Below, one piece after another: positions 35,701 through 47,353 of a stretch of 64,000 nucleotides of DNA. Origin of the DNA: Vicugna vicugna (lineage: Eukaryota); NCBI GenBank assembly GCA_013265495.1, contig MU061538.1:2065339-2129338 (forward strand), given 5' to 3'. The stretch's first letter is position 1, and the number at the start of each line of letters is the position of its first letter. The notes beneath the pieces are model-generated. The model was not told where the DNA came from, searched no databases, and saw only the letters and a program-made list of their open reading frames with translations. Made by a program: the position numbers and the translations under genes.

Positions 35701-36445
35701 ATTCAGCTCTCACGAGCATCAGCCGGCACAGAGGAGGGACCAAGACAAGTTTCTGAAGAAGCCCAATCGAGAAACCATTCCTCTCAGAGGCAAATGCTCA
35801 GTTCCTTTTTCTCGTAAGACTACAGCTTCTTTTTTGGTTCATTTTATTTAAGCCTCTGAGTCAGTCTACTTGAGACAACCGTTAAATAAACGTCCACATT
35901 TCCTTCTCTTTTACAGAAGTGCTCACGTGCTGACCTTTAACTCCAGAAAAGAATGACTAAGTGATCTCTGACTCTGTCTGGCTTCCTGGCTCCGGGAAAC
36001 GGCTCGGTGCCTGTGGGTTCCCCCTTAGTGAGCCAGGCCACCCCCCACCCAGGTCCTACGCCCTTCCCTGGTATCGTCTGCCCCGCGTGAAGGCAGGGAG
36101 GGAACTCATTATAAATGGTTCATTCAGCCATTTCAGTTGCCTTTTCCCGACAGTTACCCCGGGAGCGGCAGCTCAGAAGAGCTGCTGAACGTGTCTGAGC
36201 CGTGAGGGCGGCGCCAGGACCCTAGTTCCCATCCAGCCCTCCCTGAGTTGACAGATCTGTATAACTTAGCAAAGAAGTTCCTGGGCATTGTCCCTATTAA
36301 AAAAAAAAAAAAACAAAAACGCGCTTTTCTGAATAATTGTTGCTACTGAGTCTCAGCTAGGCACCAACCAGTTCTAATGTGCTATGTAAAGCAAGCGTCT
36401 CAGGCTAAAAACCAGAGCCAGCGCAAAGGCGACAACCTCACATAC

Positions 36446-36545
36446 CATGGCCAGTTGCCGCCCGATGTTTCCCACTGTCACGCCTCCCGAGAAGAAGATG
36501 CAGGGCAGCCAGGAGCGGATGTAGAGGAAGTCTGGGGATGTGTAC
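36446..36545 (-). CDS. INSIG1: INSIG1 coding exon (100 nt; [33 protein letters not shown])
   Basis: tctccctccAG|G TAC ACA...GCC ATG|GTATGT. Phase joins correctly with both neighbouring exons. Confidence 0.98.
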
Positions 36546-36871
36546 CTGGAGGGAGAGGGAGACGTGAGCCCGCGCAGCCGGCTCCCCGGCGCCCGCTCCG
36601 CCAACAATGCCTCAACGCTGTGTCCACCGTGACTGCCTGGTTTTCCTCCACATCAGGTGTGTTACATCCACACAGGTTTCCTTTATGCTTACAACCTTTA
36701 CAGACAGTGCATTTTTAACGCGTGGATCAATGACAAGCAGTGTTTCTGAGAGTTTCATGCCTAAAGTTATGTCACTGGACACAGATAATACACCCCAGCC
36801 TAGTGGGCAGTCCTAATAAAAGTCAGGTAACAGCTTCCAGCTGGCGGTGACGTTTGAGGGCACGTGCTTAC

Positions 36872-37038
36872 TGGTAGACACCGTTGTACACCAGCAGCTG
36901 GGTGATCAGAGTGGCGAGGAAAGCGATGGTGATCCCAAGGCCGAGGCCGCTTCTTGAACGGTCGAATGTCCACCAAAGGCCCAAAGACAGGGCCGCTAGC
37001 GTCAAGGAGAGCTGAACGTTATTGGCAAAATCCAATTT
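36872..37038 (-). CDS. INSIG1: INSIG1 coding exon (167 nt; [56 protein letters not shown])
   Basis: tgtgtcaccAG|AAA TTG GAT...TAC CA|GTAAGC. Not in the ORF track because it has no ATG; translated by hand. Confidence 0.98.
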
Positions 37039-38124
37039 CTGGTGACACAGAGTTAAGGAAAAGTTTAATACTTTTTAATACAACCAAAACCAAACAACCT
37101 CCAGGGCCGACGCGTCTGCACCACACAGCTCTCCATCCACAGAAGCTGCCCGATTAGCCGCAGAAAGGCCTTGCTGGACACAAGGCTGCCTTGCCATGAT
37201 CAAGATTACAAGGAACTCCTCCGGCACCACTGGGTCAAACTCGACTTTACAAGTAAACTTTCCGAAAGCCACACAGAAAATTCTACAGGGATTTCAGCCA
37301 CAAATCAACATATTTTACTAGCAAGTCTTCTATAGTTCCACTTTTACTTCTTTTTTTATTAGTAATTTGAACTGAGCAAGCACGGTCTTCGCCCCACATA
37401 TGCAAGAAGCAGACACCTCATCACAGTGGCCTTCACCACGACACAGCTGGTGGACACACAGCTGGCTTGATCACAACACACTTATCAACTGTGAAAAACA
37501 AATCTGTCAGAGCCAAGATATCTTCTAATACCCCTTTTTGACATTTTCATCATTAAAATTGGAGTGGAGCAGATTTAAGAAGCAGTAACTCTAAAAATGC
37601 CTTTCTCCAGGATTTAAAAACATAATCTAGCTGTACTAAAGGAAACCGTAAATCTTTTGAGACCTGGTAACCTATGGCCCATTTTCTGAAAGCTGCACTA
37701 TGTACATTTGTGTAACGCTGTCCACCTAGGTGTGCCCAGCTGCGCCCTCCGTGCTCACAGCCAGGCTTCTCCTCAACCTTCTGGAAGACACAGCTCCTTA
37801 CTGGGCCAAGGAGCCAGGTCTTCACAATGGAAGTATGTTTAAGGTAGAATTTACAGAACAAAGTCCAAACCAAAAAGGGAGGAGAGTCGGGGCGTCCGCT
37901 CTGGTCCTGGTGTTACTGAACTGTTCCCTGAAACGAACTGAAAGGACTCCAAAAACCACTCTTAAAACTCTGCTTAGAGCAAACTGGGCAACACACTCTG
38001 AAGTTACACTCGGAAGAAGACTGTCCAAGTCACCAGGAGGGTAACAGACATTTACTATAAGTAACGGAACACCCGATATGTAAGGTAAGACACTGTCCCG
38101 GGGGGCACAGCCACGGAAGGATAC

Positions 38125-38249
38125 GGCACTGGCGTGGTTGATGCCGACGAAGACCGCCACGCAGCGCATGACGCTGGCCCACTCCCTCTTGAACTTGTGT
38201 GGCTCTCCGAGGTGACTGTCGATGCAGGGGTAGAGGAGGCCGACCACAG
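38125..38249 (-). CDS. INSIG1: INSIG1 coding exon (125 nt; [42 protein letters not shown])
   Basis: ccttcccgcacAG|CT GTG GTC GGC...AGT GCC|GTATCC. Lies within ORF 37822..38247. Confidence 0.98.
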
Positions 38250-39889
38250 CTGTGCGGGAAGGAAGGGGCGGCGTCAGCGCTGCCAGCTTAAAGTGACGTG
38301 GTTTCCACGTGGCAGCTACTAAACCACTCCTTTTCCTAGAAGATTTACCAGCTACGGTATAATATTCAAATTTAAACAGATTTTATGTTTTTGTTCTCCT
38401 TGAGTACTAACAACAAAAAAACACACTGTTTTGAAACATTTAAAATTAAAACGCAGTTCTTTGGTTTGAACCATGGAAGGGACAGAGCAGGGGGTTCATT
38501 ACTCACTTACAAAACACTCAAACACCTGTGCAGCTGGCCTTGTGTTTGTGTCAGTGTCGTTCCATTTTACAGTGCAGAGGTGAGCGTCCACCAGTGCCAT
38601 GAGGCCACAGCACAAGATCTGACATTCCTCAGACTCGCACCAATTCTGGGCACCTTTGTGTTGCTCTGACTTTGCCCTCTGGGTCACAAAAGCCACATTC
38701 CCAGAGGGTGGCCCTGCACTTGACGGTTAATGGGTTACAGCATTTTCTGCAGGAGCCCCTGAGTGTGCCCTGGGCATCACCCGTGGGGCACTGGACAACC
38801 ACGCTCGGCGGTCCCTGAGCCCAGGCACAGGAACAAGGCCTCGCTCCCAGTTCACCTGGTGGAACCTGGCTCTTCGTGTTTGTTTCCTCGTGTGTAAAGT
38901 GATGAGGATTATGTAACTAGAAGACAGAGGAGGAAGAGCTTGCCGTGGTCTGGAATAGTGAGCAAGTTTTCCCAGAAACAGGATTCTAAAGCATGAGAGT
39001 TCACAGAGAATTCAGTCAGGGCAGACACTGGCATTCCATGAGAGAAAATGGAAAAATAAAAGCAAGAGAGAAGAGGGCGCGTGGTGACTGGTGGGGTGCA
39101 GACCGGGGGCCCAACTGTGGACACAAACTCACTACATAAAGTCGCCCAGGTACTGCGGTTTGAGCCAGGCAGGAGCTACACCTGGTGTCCACGAAAGAGG
39201 GAACCATTTTAGGTTCCTGAACAGAGAAAGAAACACAGTTTCAGCCAAACATTTGATGAAAGATTCTGTCTCAATTTCATATTACATTTTATCAAGTTCT
39301 AATTTTTGGCGTTTCGGAAAATGGAATCAAACAATTCTGTAACTTTAGTCACTACAACTTAATCTTGCCCTTAAGGTTGAAAGCTAAATAGGTGGAAATG
39401 TACTAAGGAATTTTTCCCTTATACTCTTAACTGATGGTTAAAAAAAGGAAGTAGGGTATGAGCAATTGTGTTTCAGATATCCCTGGAATTCCTTGAAGCT
39501 TCAATTACAAAGATAGCCTAAACTAAAACGGTTCAGTGGTTTTAAGATCAAGTTTCTGATTCAGAGAAAGAAACTACTGTGCCAAATGGGGTGAAAAATA
39601 AAATTCTGCACTTAGATCTGCTTCTCAAAAACTATTCTTAATAGTATAACCTTATACTTAGAATTTAGAAAAACAAAGCAGGATGCTGTCTTTCTGAGAA
39701 CAAAGGTGGAAACATTCTACCCACTGCCTGGTAAGCACAGCACCCCTCCCCTCATGTGTCCTGGCTGGAACACAGTTCTCCAGCTCCAAGTCTGGGGCTT
39801 CCCTGCTGTTTGGTGTGAGTCTGCCCAGAAGGCAGCATGTTTCTACAGTGCAGGGGACACACCCAGACTCCATAGGGGCGGCAGGTAGT

Positions 39890-40030
39890 TATGAACAGCG
39901 AGCCACTCTGCTGTGTCCCCTTGGCCATGGTTGCTTAACCTGTCTGTAATTCAGTTTCTACGTCTGTAAAATGGAGCTATAGCAGAGGCCTGCTGTAAGG
40001 ACTAAAGCAGAGCACATAAAACACAAGGTA
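39890..40030 (+). mobile_element. MIR remnant in INSIG1 intron 2
   Basis: ccttggccatggttgcttaacctgtctgtaattcagtttctacgtctgtaaaatggagcta. Confidence 0.6.
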
Positions 40031-40504
40031 AGCCGTCCGTGACCATCAGTCACAGAGCACACAGGAGGGTGCCCCTCCTGCAGTACTGCAGTCACTTAGG
40101 TCCGCACCTGTCCTGCCTGCCGACCGCGGGATGCCCCACAGGGGCTGGTCTGCTCACTCGGTACTTGAAACAGCAAGCACCAGACAGATCAATGAATGCT
40201 GTGCGTGCAGACAAGTTCTAAGTGCTCTTCTGGGCCGAGATCATTTTGGCATTTTATAAAACCGGCCAAAAAACCAAGAAATTCTACTCAAAAAAAAAAA
40301 ATCCACCTGTTCAGTTTATAGACTGTTGATCCTGGGTTGTGTTTTGTGGCTGGCCGAGTGTACTAAGATCTAAACTCTGAACAGGGGTTCCTTTTCCCTA
40401 CCAACGTCATCTACAGGGCCCAGCAGTATTGGGAGGAAAGCCTGGCTTTGGCCACGTTCACTGGGCCATCCCGAAAAAGGAAGTGAGGGAGGCCAGCAGC
40501 TCTG

Positions 40505-40640
40505 CCCACCCAGCCCACGTGACGGTTTGTTTTCAGTCACCCAGAGGTGTAGCGTGTTCTTGGGGGCAGCCAATCGCACTTCAGTCCCGCCGCTCACCAG
40601 TTCCGCCTGCGGCCAATCCAGGCGGCGCGCTTAGGATGAC
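40505..40640. promoter_or_regulatory. Candidate intronic NF-Y/E-box/SRE-like module in INSIG1 intron 2
   Basis: CACGTGAC 40516-40523, AGCCAATCG (CCAAT 40570-40574), CTCACCAG 40593-40600 and GGCCAATCC (CCAAT 40613-40617), in a locally CpG-rich patch. Confidence 0.45.
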
Positions 40641-40928
40641 AGCTGCGGGGCTCCCCCAACGCTGTCCTCAGGGCCAGGTCAGTAGGAGGGAAGGACCTCG
40701 GCCAGCCTGGCACAGACAGTTCTTGCCCCACCTTGTGTCCATCCCTGGGATTCCCCTGGCCTCCAGAGACTAGCTGGGAGGGTCACTGTCCTCTCCTTCC
40801 TTCCTTCCCTAAACACGGTCACTGGAGATGTACACTTTTCCTTTGTGGATGGTCCCATTTTCAAATAAATGGTCCTCAAAGGCTGAAAAACATTCTTAAC
40901 CAAACATACGTTTTCCATTTCTACTCAC

Positions 40929-41316
40929 CAGCCGCCGTCCCACAACAGGGAGGAACCCACCAGGCAGAGGAGAAGATGGTGGCGATGACCTCCTCAGGGA
41001 ACAGGGTGACATTTCTCTGGACCTGCAGCAGGTTCAGCACCAGGGCCAGGACGACCCCCACTGAGAACAGCACCAGGCTCCTCTGCAGCAAGTGGTGGTG
41101 CCAGCTGTGGCCCCCCAAGCCAGAGCTCTGAGGCCCGGGGGCAGGGTCAGTGCCCCCGGCACCGTGGGCCACCAGCAGAGAGGGGCCGGACACTGAGGAC
41201 GTGGTCATTTCTCCCACTTTGGTCTCCAGTCCTCCGGCACCGGCCCTCAGGTGGCTTCTGTGCTTCACGCCCTTAGCACAGGGACAGCTCCAGAGGTGGT
41301 CGTCCAGTCTAGGCAT
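40929..41316 (-). CDS. INSIG1: INSIG1 first coding exon (388 coding nt; exon starts at 41340)
   Basis: [11 protein letters not shown]...[54 protein letters not shown]. Acceptor cttgtAG|GAAAGC at 41341/41340 and donor GCT G|GTGAGT at 40929/40928. Total CDS 388+125+167+100+30 = 810 nt, giving 269 aa. Confidence 0.98.
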
Positions 41317-41973
41317 CAGCCACCAGTCTGACGGGCTTTCCTACAAGAAAAAGGGGTGGAGAGGTGGAATCCCCATCAAGTTCACTTCCAAAACACACAG
41401 CAGGTCCAGGTCCAGGTCCAGGGAGGCCTCTGCCCAGGTTCATTGCCGGCACGTCCAGGAAAGCCCTCAAGTCCCTCAGAGAGCGGGTTCCGCGGCACCC
41501 CACGGGCAGGGACCACGGGGACAGGACTGCAAGGACACTGCCCACACGCCCCACCTTGAGGGGTGCACAGGCTGCTTTCAGCGGCAGCCAGGTGTTAGGT
41601 ACACCTGAGTGTTAACGTCCTGCGGCGATGCCCTCTCCGTAAGCCCTGAAGTTCTGGCCCGTCCAGTCCAGAAGTTTTCCAGACCTCGTCTGTCTGCAGG
41701 AGGCAGAGCCCAAGTTGCTGGGGCCCTCCTGGACGGAGAGAAGCACTAGCCGGGCCAACACGGGCTTGGGGGTGCAGCCCCCATCTCCGAGGCTGGGGCT
41801 GGGATCTGGGCATGCGTTCAGGCCCGAGGGTTGGTGCCGAGGGCCCCAACGGAAGGCCGCCTGGAGGGGCGGCTGCTAGGAGTGGAGGCGCCGGGACCCC
41901 GACATCCCCGCCCGGCCCGCCCCCGGACCTCCCCACCGCCCCGAGCCCGGTCCCCTTGCCGAGCCCCGCATAC

Positions 41974-42060
41974 CTGGCCGAGGGGCGCCCGCCCGCGGGC
42001 TCGCCGACGGAGGAAACCGCAGAGGAGTGGTCGCGGCCCAGACCGCCTGGAGTTGGGCCC
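41974..42060 (-). other. INSIG1: INSIG1 non-coding exon 1 (TSS inferred ~30 nt downstream of TATA)
   Basis: Donor CCAG|GTATGC at 41974/41973 and TATA-like TTATAAG at 42090-42084. No upstream ATG in the inferred 5'UTR. Confidence 0.7.
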
Positions 42061-42320
42061 GCGGCGTTCGGCGCGCGGCGCAGCTTATAAGGCAGGCGGC
42101 GGGGGTCCGGCTCACGTGACCCCGGTCCGGCCCGCCGCCCCGCCCTCGCGCCTGGAGGCGTGGCCTCCGCGCGCCCCGCCCCGCCCGCGCGCCCGTCCGC
42201 TCGGGGTCTGGTGAGGCGTCCGCGGCCAATCGGGGGCGGGCGGCCCATAAGGGCGGGAGGAGGCGAGCGGGGCCGGCAGAGAGCGCCCCTGGGTCGGGCG
42301 GGAGGCGCCCCGCGCAGGTT
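42061..42320 (-). promoter_or_regulatory. INSIG1: INSIG1 proximal promoter within a CpG island (~41480-42560)
   Basis: TATA 42084-42090, E-box GTCACGTGAG 42111-42120, several GC boxes at ~42135-42195, SRE-like CTCACCAGAC (minus, 42215-42206), CCAAT 42226-42230 and GGGGCGGG directly after it. Confidence 0.85.
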
Positions 42321-45300
42321 CCGCCCGGACGGCGGCGGAGGGCGATTTCCAGCCCTCGGCAGCCGCGGGCCTAGCGTCCGCGCGGGCTGCACACCTTGGG
42401 TCCAGATCCTCGCCCAGGCGTGGCCCGTTCGTAAGCTTCCCCTTGGGGAAGGCCGTCCGCTTGGTCACTCTGCACCTGCGTGTCTCCTGATGATACTCCG
42501 AGCTCTCCTCCACGTCCCGAGCCTCCGGATGGTCACCACGCCTGCTGATTTCAGGCAGCTTCGTGCAAGCAGTGACCAGAAGATGCTGGCTCGTAGTCAG
42601 GACCCGGAGACAGGAGTTGTTTATTACGTGTGCAAGGATGTATGTCAGACACGAAGGATGTTTCATGTCTCCCAGACCAGAGTGGTTCAGAAACCTTTTT
42701 TTTCACATAAGACCCTTTGTAAAAATGTAAATGATAGAAGTTTCATTCATAAAGTAATGTCTTCTAGTTTCTAATTGCCTTTCCTCCCATTGGAAAACAA
42801 ACCATGGAAACCAGTCAGGAAAAATTAAGTTTTACCTTGTTGATGTGGTATATGTGTATCCTGTTTGCTGCGTGGGCCACGCCACCTAACAGGAGGGCAG
42901 GCCCCACGCCAACTGAAAACCCACATCTTGTTGAGCAAGAGCACATTGTTTAAGGTGTGTGTGAACGACGATAGAGAAAGTCTGGTCTTTTGTGGTGGTT
43001 GCGGGGAAGCAGAGACTGGGGCGATGTTTGTGCTCTCAGTAGCAAACCTCACGGCCAAGAGACCCCGCAGGTTTAGGCAGCCTGAAATACCACGTTGTGT
43101 GGCATTTTCAGCATTAGGGTTTGTCGCTTTATGCCCGAAGTTTAAAAAAAAACAAAACCCTGAAACATCTTCTTGAGGTATCTGTATTTCATTCTGGAGG
43201 GAGTTGCGGGGGAGGATGGACAGGAATTTGTAATGGTACCCAGGAGTCTTCACGGATGAGTAATGCTTGTAGTGGATGTGTTCTCTTTCCGGAACCGTAA
43301 TGGTGTTTCATTAGGAAACATGGAAAGCACTATGTAGAGATGTTTGCCTTGTTAGTTTGTTACTGTTCCCCTCCCCCTGCCATCAGTACCAGTTTCTCTT
43401 TTCTGTCACCTCCACCTTAAAGACCAGACACAGCCTGGTTGTGTGGATGTCCCATCCCCAGTACATGATGCCAACCTGGCACGAACTTAATCTGATCTGT
43501 GAAAGCATAAATTAAAAGTGTCGTCACTATGGATTAGAATAGAAAACTGCTCAGGAACGGTTATGTTCAATCAAGACAGCATTTGCTAGCCATGTGCCTT
43601 GTCTTCATTTCTCGAGCATGACCCAGACAAAGCAAGAGTGGATGGAGAGGAGGGGTTCCATCTTCAGCTCTGCCTGCAGGTGGACAGAACCAGGCTTTCC
43701 TCTCTGCCCCATTCACTACTCTGTACTTTGTTCCCCAAAATTCAGAGCAGTTTTAACTTCAAGGAATCTGGGTCTTGGCCGTTATCTCCACTCCACCTGG
43801 CATGAGTGCGTGAAGAAATGTGTGTGTGTGTGTGTGTGTATACACGTACTATCACAGTAACATTGGAACTTTGCGGTAGCAAAAATATAGAAAGCTGTCC
43901 AGCTATCAGCCGATAGGATGCTGGCTAGACAAGAGATGGCACACTGTATGATCATGTAGATAACAGGATGGGTACTGTGTAGCTGAGAGTCAGTCCAGCC
44001 ACCAGAAGCCTGTGCTGGGTCTCCACTACCACGTCGTCAGCCTCAAGTCCCGGACAGTCTTAACCTGTTATGTATGCTACAAATTGAGCTCTTAACCTCA
44101 TAGAGATCCGTGTACATCACAGCCTTGACCCTGAAGTGTAGGCATGTCATGGATTCAACTGGGAAACAGCAGAAAATGCAGGAAGCTTCTCTTTAGCATG
44201 TCTGCTTTCAAAACCTGGTTTATCCACACAAATGGAGCCCCGTAAGCCAGGGTGACAGCTCTTTGCTTTTGTACTGAGCTGCCATGTACAGGGATTCCTG
44301 ACAGCACAGAAATCAGTGTATCTGTCTCCTGGGATCTAAGGTGGTTTTCTTCATTTTTGTCCCCTGCCATCCTGCCCAGCTATGCAGACCCAGCATCCTT
44401 CGGTTCTAATACCCCTTGTGTCCAAGTGCATACCTTATAAAAGGACTTTGTGGGCTCCTGTGCTGTCTGTCTGCAATGTGGAAGAGAGCTGTCAGTCCGT
44501 TCGCTAACTGGCGTGTTGAGGTCTGCTCACTCAATTACCCTTTCCCTCTACCTGAGTCCATGTTGGTACAGGCAGCCTCTGACTCTCCATCCCTCTTGTA
44601 TCCGCGCTGAGACTTTATGAACCAGGGGCCCCCCGGGCCATGCAGAGGCCCTGTGGACCTGTGGGAAGGTGGGGGGGCTGCCTGTGGGCTGTGTTCTGCC
44701 GGGTCCCTGCCGAGGGCTGTCAGCGTGGCCCCAGTCTCAGGCAGCGTTTGTCACTGCCTCCCCAGGTGTGTGTGGTTTGCCCAGATGCCTTTGGAGTCTG
44801 GTCCCATGAATGAAATCAGTCCAGGGGAACAACGTGGAAGGATTTGAATTTGCTCTCTTGGAGACCGCAGCCTCCGTAACTGAAACCATGTTCAAATGTT
44901 TTGAGAGTTTGAAATTCCATTATCTCCAGCGAGGCTTTTATTGATGTAGTTTCCCTAGTCAATGTGGGCTCTCTGTTAAACATAATGAGATCTGTGCTCT
45001 GCAGCCCCAGTTGGTTACTCTGAGCTAAGTGTCTGGGGAAGTGTGCTCATGAGGGTACCATTTAGTTCTTAATTGTCCTGCTCTGTATTAATCATTATGG
45101 ATGTGCTATTGCACAAGGAGTGTTTCCTGTTGTTTAGCAACTAAACCCAGTGCCGTGACTTCTCCCCAGTCACTCACTGACGTAACAGTACTCACTAGCT
45201 CGTTTAGACACAGGTGAGTCCTGGGACTGTGGTGTGGGTGGTGCGTGTTCTAAGGACTTTTGAGATGTCATGTGAGCAATCTACTGCCTTAGTCTGTGTT

Positions 45301-45629
45301 CCTACTATCCTTTTCATTATAACGTTAATGACTTTATAATATTTTTTAAAATAGGGTAGATGGTTATACTATTTGTTAATAGAAAAACATCACATGCTCC
45401 TTGTAAAACATTCAGAAAATATGGAAAAATATATTTTAAAAGGTCCCATCCCCCCACCTAGGGACACTTAGTGTAACTTTCTGGGGAGTGTATTTCCAGA
45501 TACTTTCCATATCATGTATATGCGTGTTTTTAAAAAATGCAAATAGGAGTGTACTTGGTGTGTAGTAGAGCTGGTCCTTTGCAGAGCAGGAATGTCTTTC
45601 GAAGTCAATCAGCAAAGACTGTGCCGTCC

Positions 45630-45779
45630 TTTTTTTTTCTCTTTGCTTTTTTGTTTGTTTGTTTTTTTTAGGGGAGAGGTAATTAGGTTTATTTATTTAT
45701 TTTTAAGGGAGGTACTGGGGATTGAACCCGGGACCTTGGGCGTTATAGCATGCACTCTACCCCTGAGCTACACCCTCCT
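45630..45779 (-). mobile_element. Camelid tRNA-derived SINE
   Basis: ggggagaggtaattaggtttatttatttatttttaagggaggtactggggattgaacccgggacc...ctgagctacaccctcc. Confidence 0.9.
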
Positions 45780-45789
45780 CCATATCATC

Positions 45790-46560
45790 CTACTTTAACA
45801 GCTTCATTGAGATAAAATTCACAAGCCGTGAAGTTTACTCATTTAAAGTGTACAGTTCAATAGCCTTTAGTATTATATCCACAAAGTTGTGCAACCAACA
45901 CCACAGTCAGTTTGAGAACATTTTCATTGATCCAGAAAGACACTGTGTGCCTCAGCCGTCACCCTCCTTGCCCACCCCCAGTTCACCCTCCCGGCCTCCA
46001 CTCCCCAGCCCTAGGCAACCGTGACCCCTTTCTGGCTGTGCAGTTTCCCTGTGCAGTCTGGTTACGGTTCTGGAGTTCTGCATGAATGGGAGTATATAAC
46101 CTGTGGTCCTTGTGTCCAGCTTCTGTCCCTTAGCGTCACGTTTTCAGGGCTCGTCTGTATCGCGTGTCAGTCCTTCTTCTTCCTGGTCAAGTGACGCCCC
46201 ATTATGTGGAGACAGTCACATTCTGTTTACCTGTTTACCAGCTGATGGACCAGTGCGTTGTTTTCCCTGTTCAGCTGTGATGAATAATGCTTCTACGAAC
46301 GCCTGGTGTGTGAGTGTCTGTGTGGGCACGTGTTTCCACGCCTCTTGGGCAGAGCTGCCGGGAGTGGACCTGCCCGTCACGTGGTAACTCTGTCATCATG
46401 GATCTGCTGGGCTCTTTTCCAAAGCAGCTGTTCCACGCCATGTTCCTACCAGCAGCGTGTGAGGGTTCTGGTTCCCCCACATGCTCACCAACCTTGCCGT
46501 TGTCTGCCTTTCTGATTCTGGTTATCCCAGTGGGTGTGAAGCGTGCATGTCATCGTTCTG
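45790..46560 (-). mobile_element. Old L1 (L1MB-like) 3' region
   Basis: aacagcttcattgagataaaattcac...catttaaagtgtacagttcaatagc...agttgtgcaaccaacaccacagtcagtttgagaacattttcat...gttccacgccatgttcctaccagcagcgtgtgagggttc. Confidence 0.85.
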
Positions 46561-47254
46561 ATAGCAGGATGACACTACTCATGGGGGGGGGAGTGCCTTA
46601 GCTTACTTGCTGAGACTTCACTGGCAAGTGTCATCCCAGCAAGAGTGAGGGGACGAGGAGAAGGAGGAAACAGGCGACGCCTCATCCGCGTGGCTGCAGC
46701 TGTCCGCGGAAGCGCATCCAGCTGCCTACTGCTGTCCTCCAGGCAGGCCTGTGGAGAGCCAACATGTTCTGCAAGAGCAGTCTTTTGGGAAAAGAAAAGG
46801 AAAAGTGTCTTTTAGCTTTCTGTCTCCCTTCTCTAGCTGGTCAGATTTGCCCTGGGGCCATTAACCCCCGCTGCTGTCCCCACTCTGGGACTCAGCCCAC
46901 AGCCAGCAGCGAGCACTTGGTCGGAGTCTCACTTGGTGGGAATAGCCCAGAGCTGTTCCTGTGGGCCCGTTCCTGTATCAGTCACTGGGAAAGGGAGTGG
47001 AAGATTCACGATCAGCTGAGAGACCCACCATTTGACGTGGAAGCTTGTTGGTGAGTCAGGCAGGGAGACACTGCCAGCACCGACCCGGGCCGTTGGAGGA
47101 CGGGCCCAGCAGAGTGCGGGGTGGGGCGTCGTGGTGGGAAATGAGTGTGCCTCGGTGACCCTGGGGGAGCAGGGGGGGAAGGAGGCCACAGAGGGCACTG
47201 GGAAGCAAGGTCCGAACACAGGAAGACGGTGTGTGGTTAAGAAACCCAGGGAGG

Positions 47255-47353
47255 GACCCCGTTTGGCAGCAGAGACACTAAATTTGAATGACACAGAGGT
47301 TTGCGTGGCCCCTGAGCAAGGATGACACGCAAATTCGTGATGTATTCCACGTT
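47255..47353 (+). pseudogene. Retroposed U6 snRNA pseudogene with short A-tail and 15-bp TSD
   Basis: gtttggcagcagagacactaaatttgaatgacacagag---gtttgcgtggcccctgagcaaggatgacacgcaaattcgtgatgtattcca aligns to U6 along almost its full length. The ACAGAGAAG box is damaged. TSD agaaacccagggagg (47240-47254) / agaaatccagagagg (47366-47380). Confidence 0.92.

Noticed and set aside
40560-42245. ERSE (CCAAT-N9-CCACG) in the INSIG1 promoter or intron module
   Set aside because: None of the three CCAAT boxes examined (40570, 40613, 42226) is followed by CCACG at the 9-nt spacing.
41595-42774. Long Arg/Pro/Gly/Ala-rich ORFs over the INSIG1 promoter (265, 204 and 184 aa)
   Set aside because: These are expected stop-poor frames of a CpG island. 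They overlap promoter motifs and exon 1 on both strands and show no homology.
47255-47353. Functional U6 snRNA gene
   Set aside because: It has many substitutions, a damaged ACAGAGAAG box, an A-tail and a TSD, and no evident upstream PSE/TATA.
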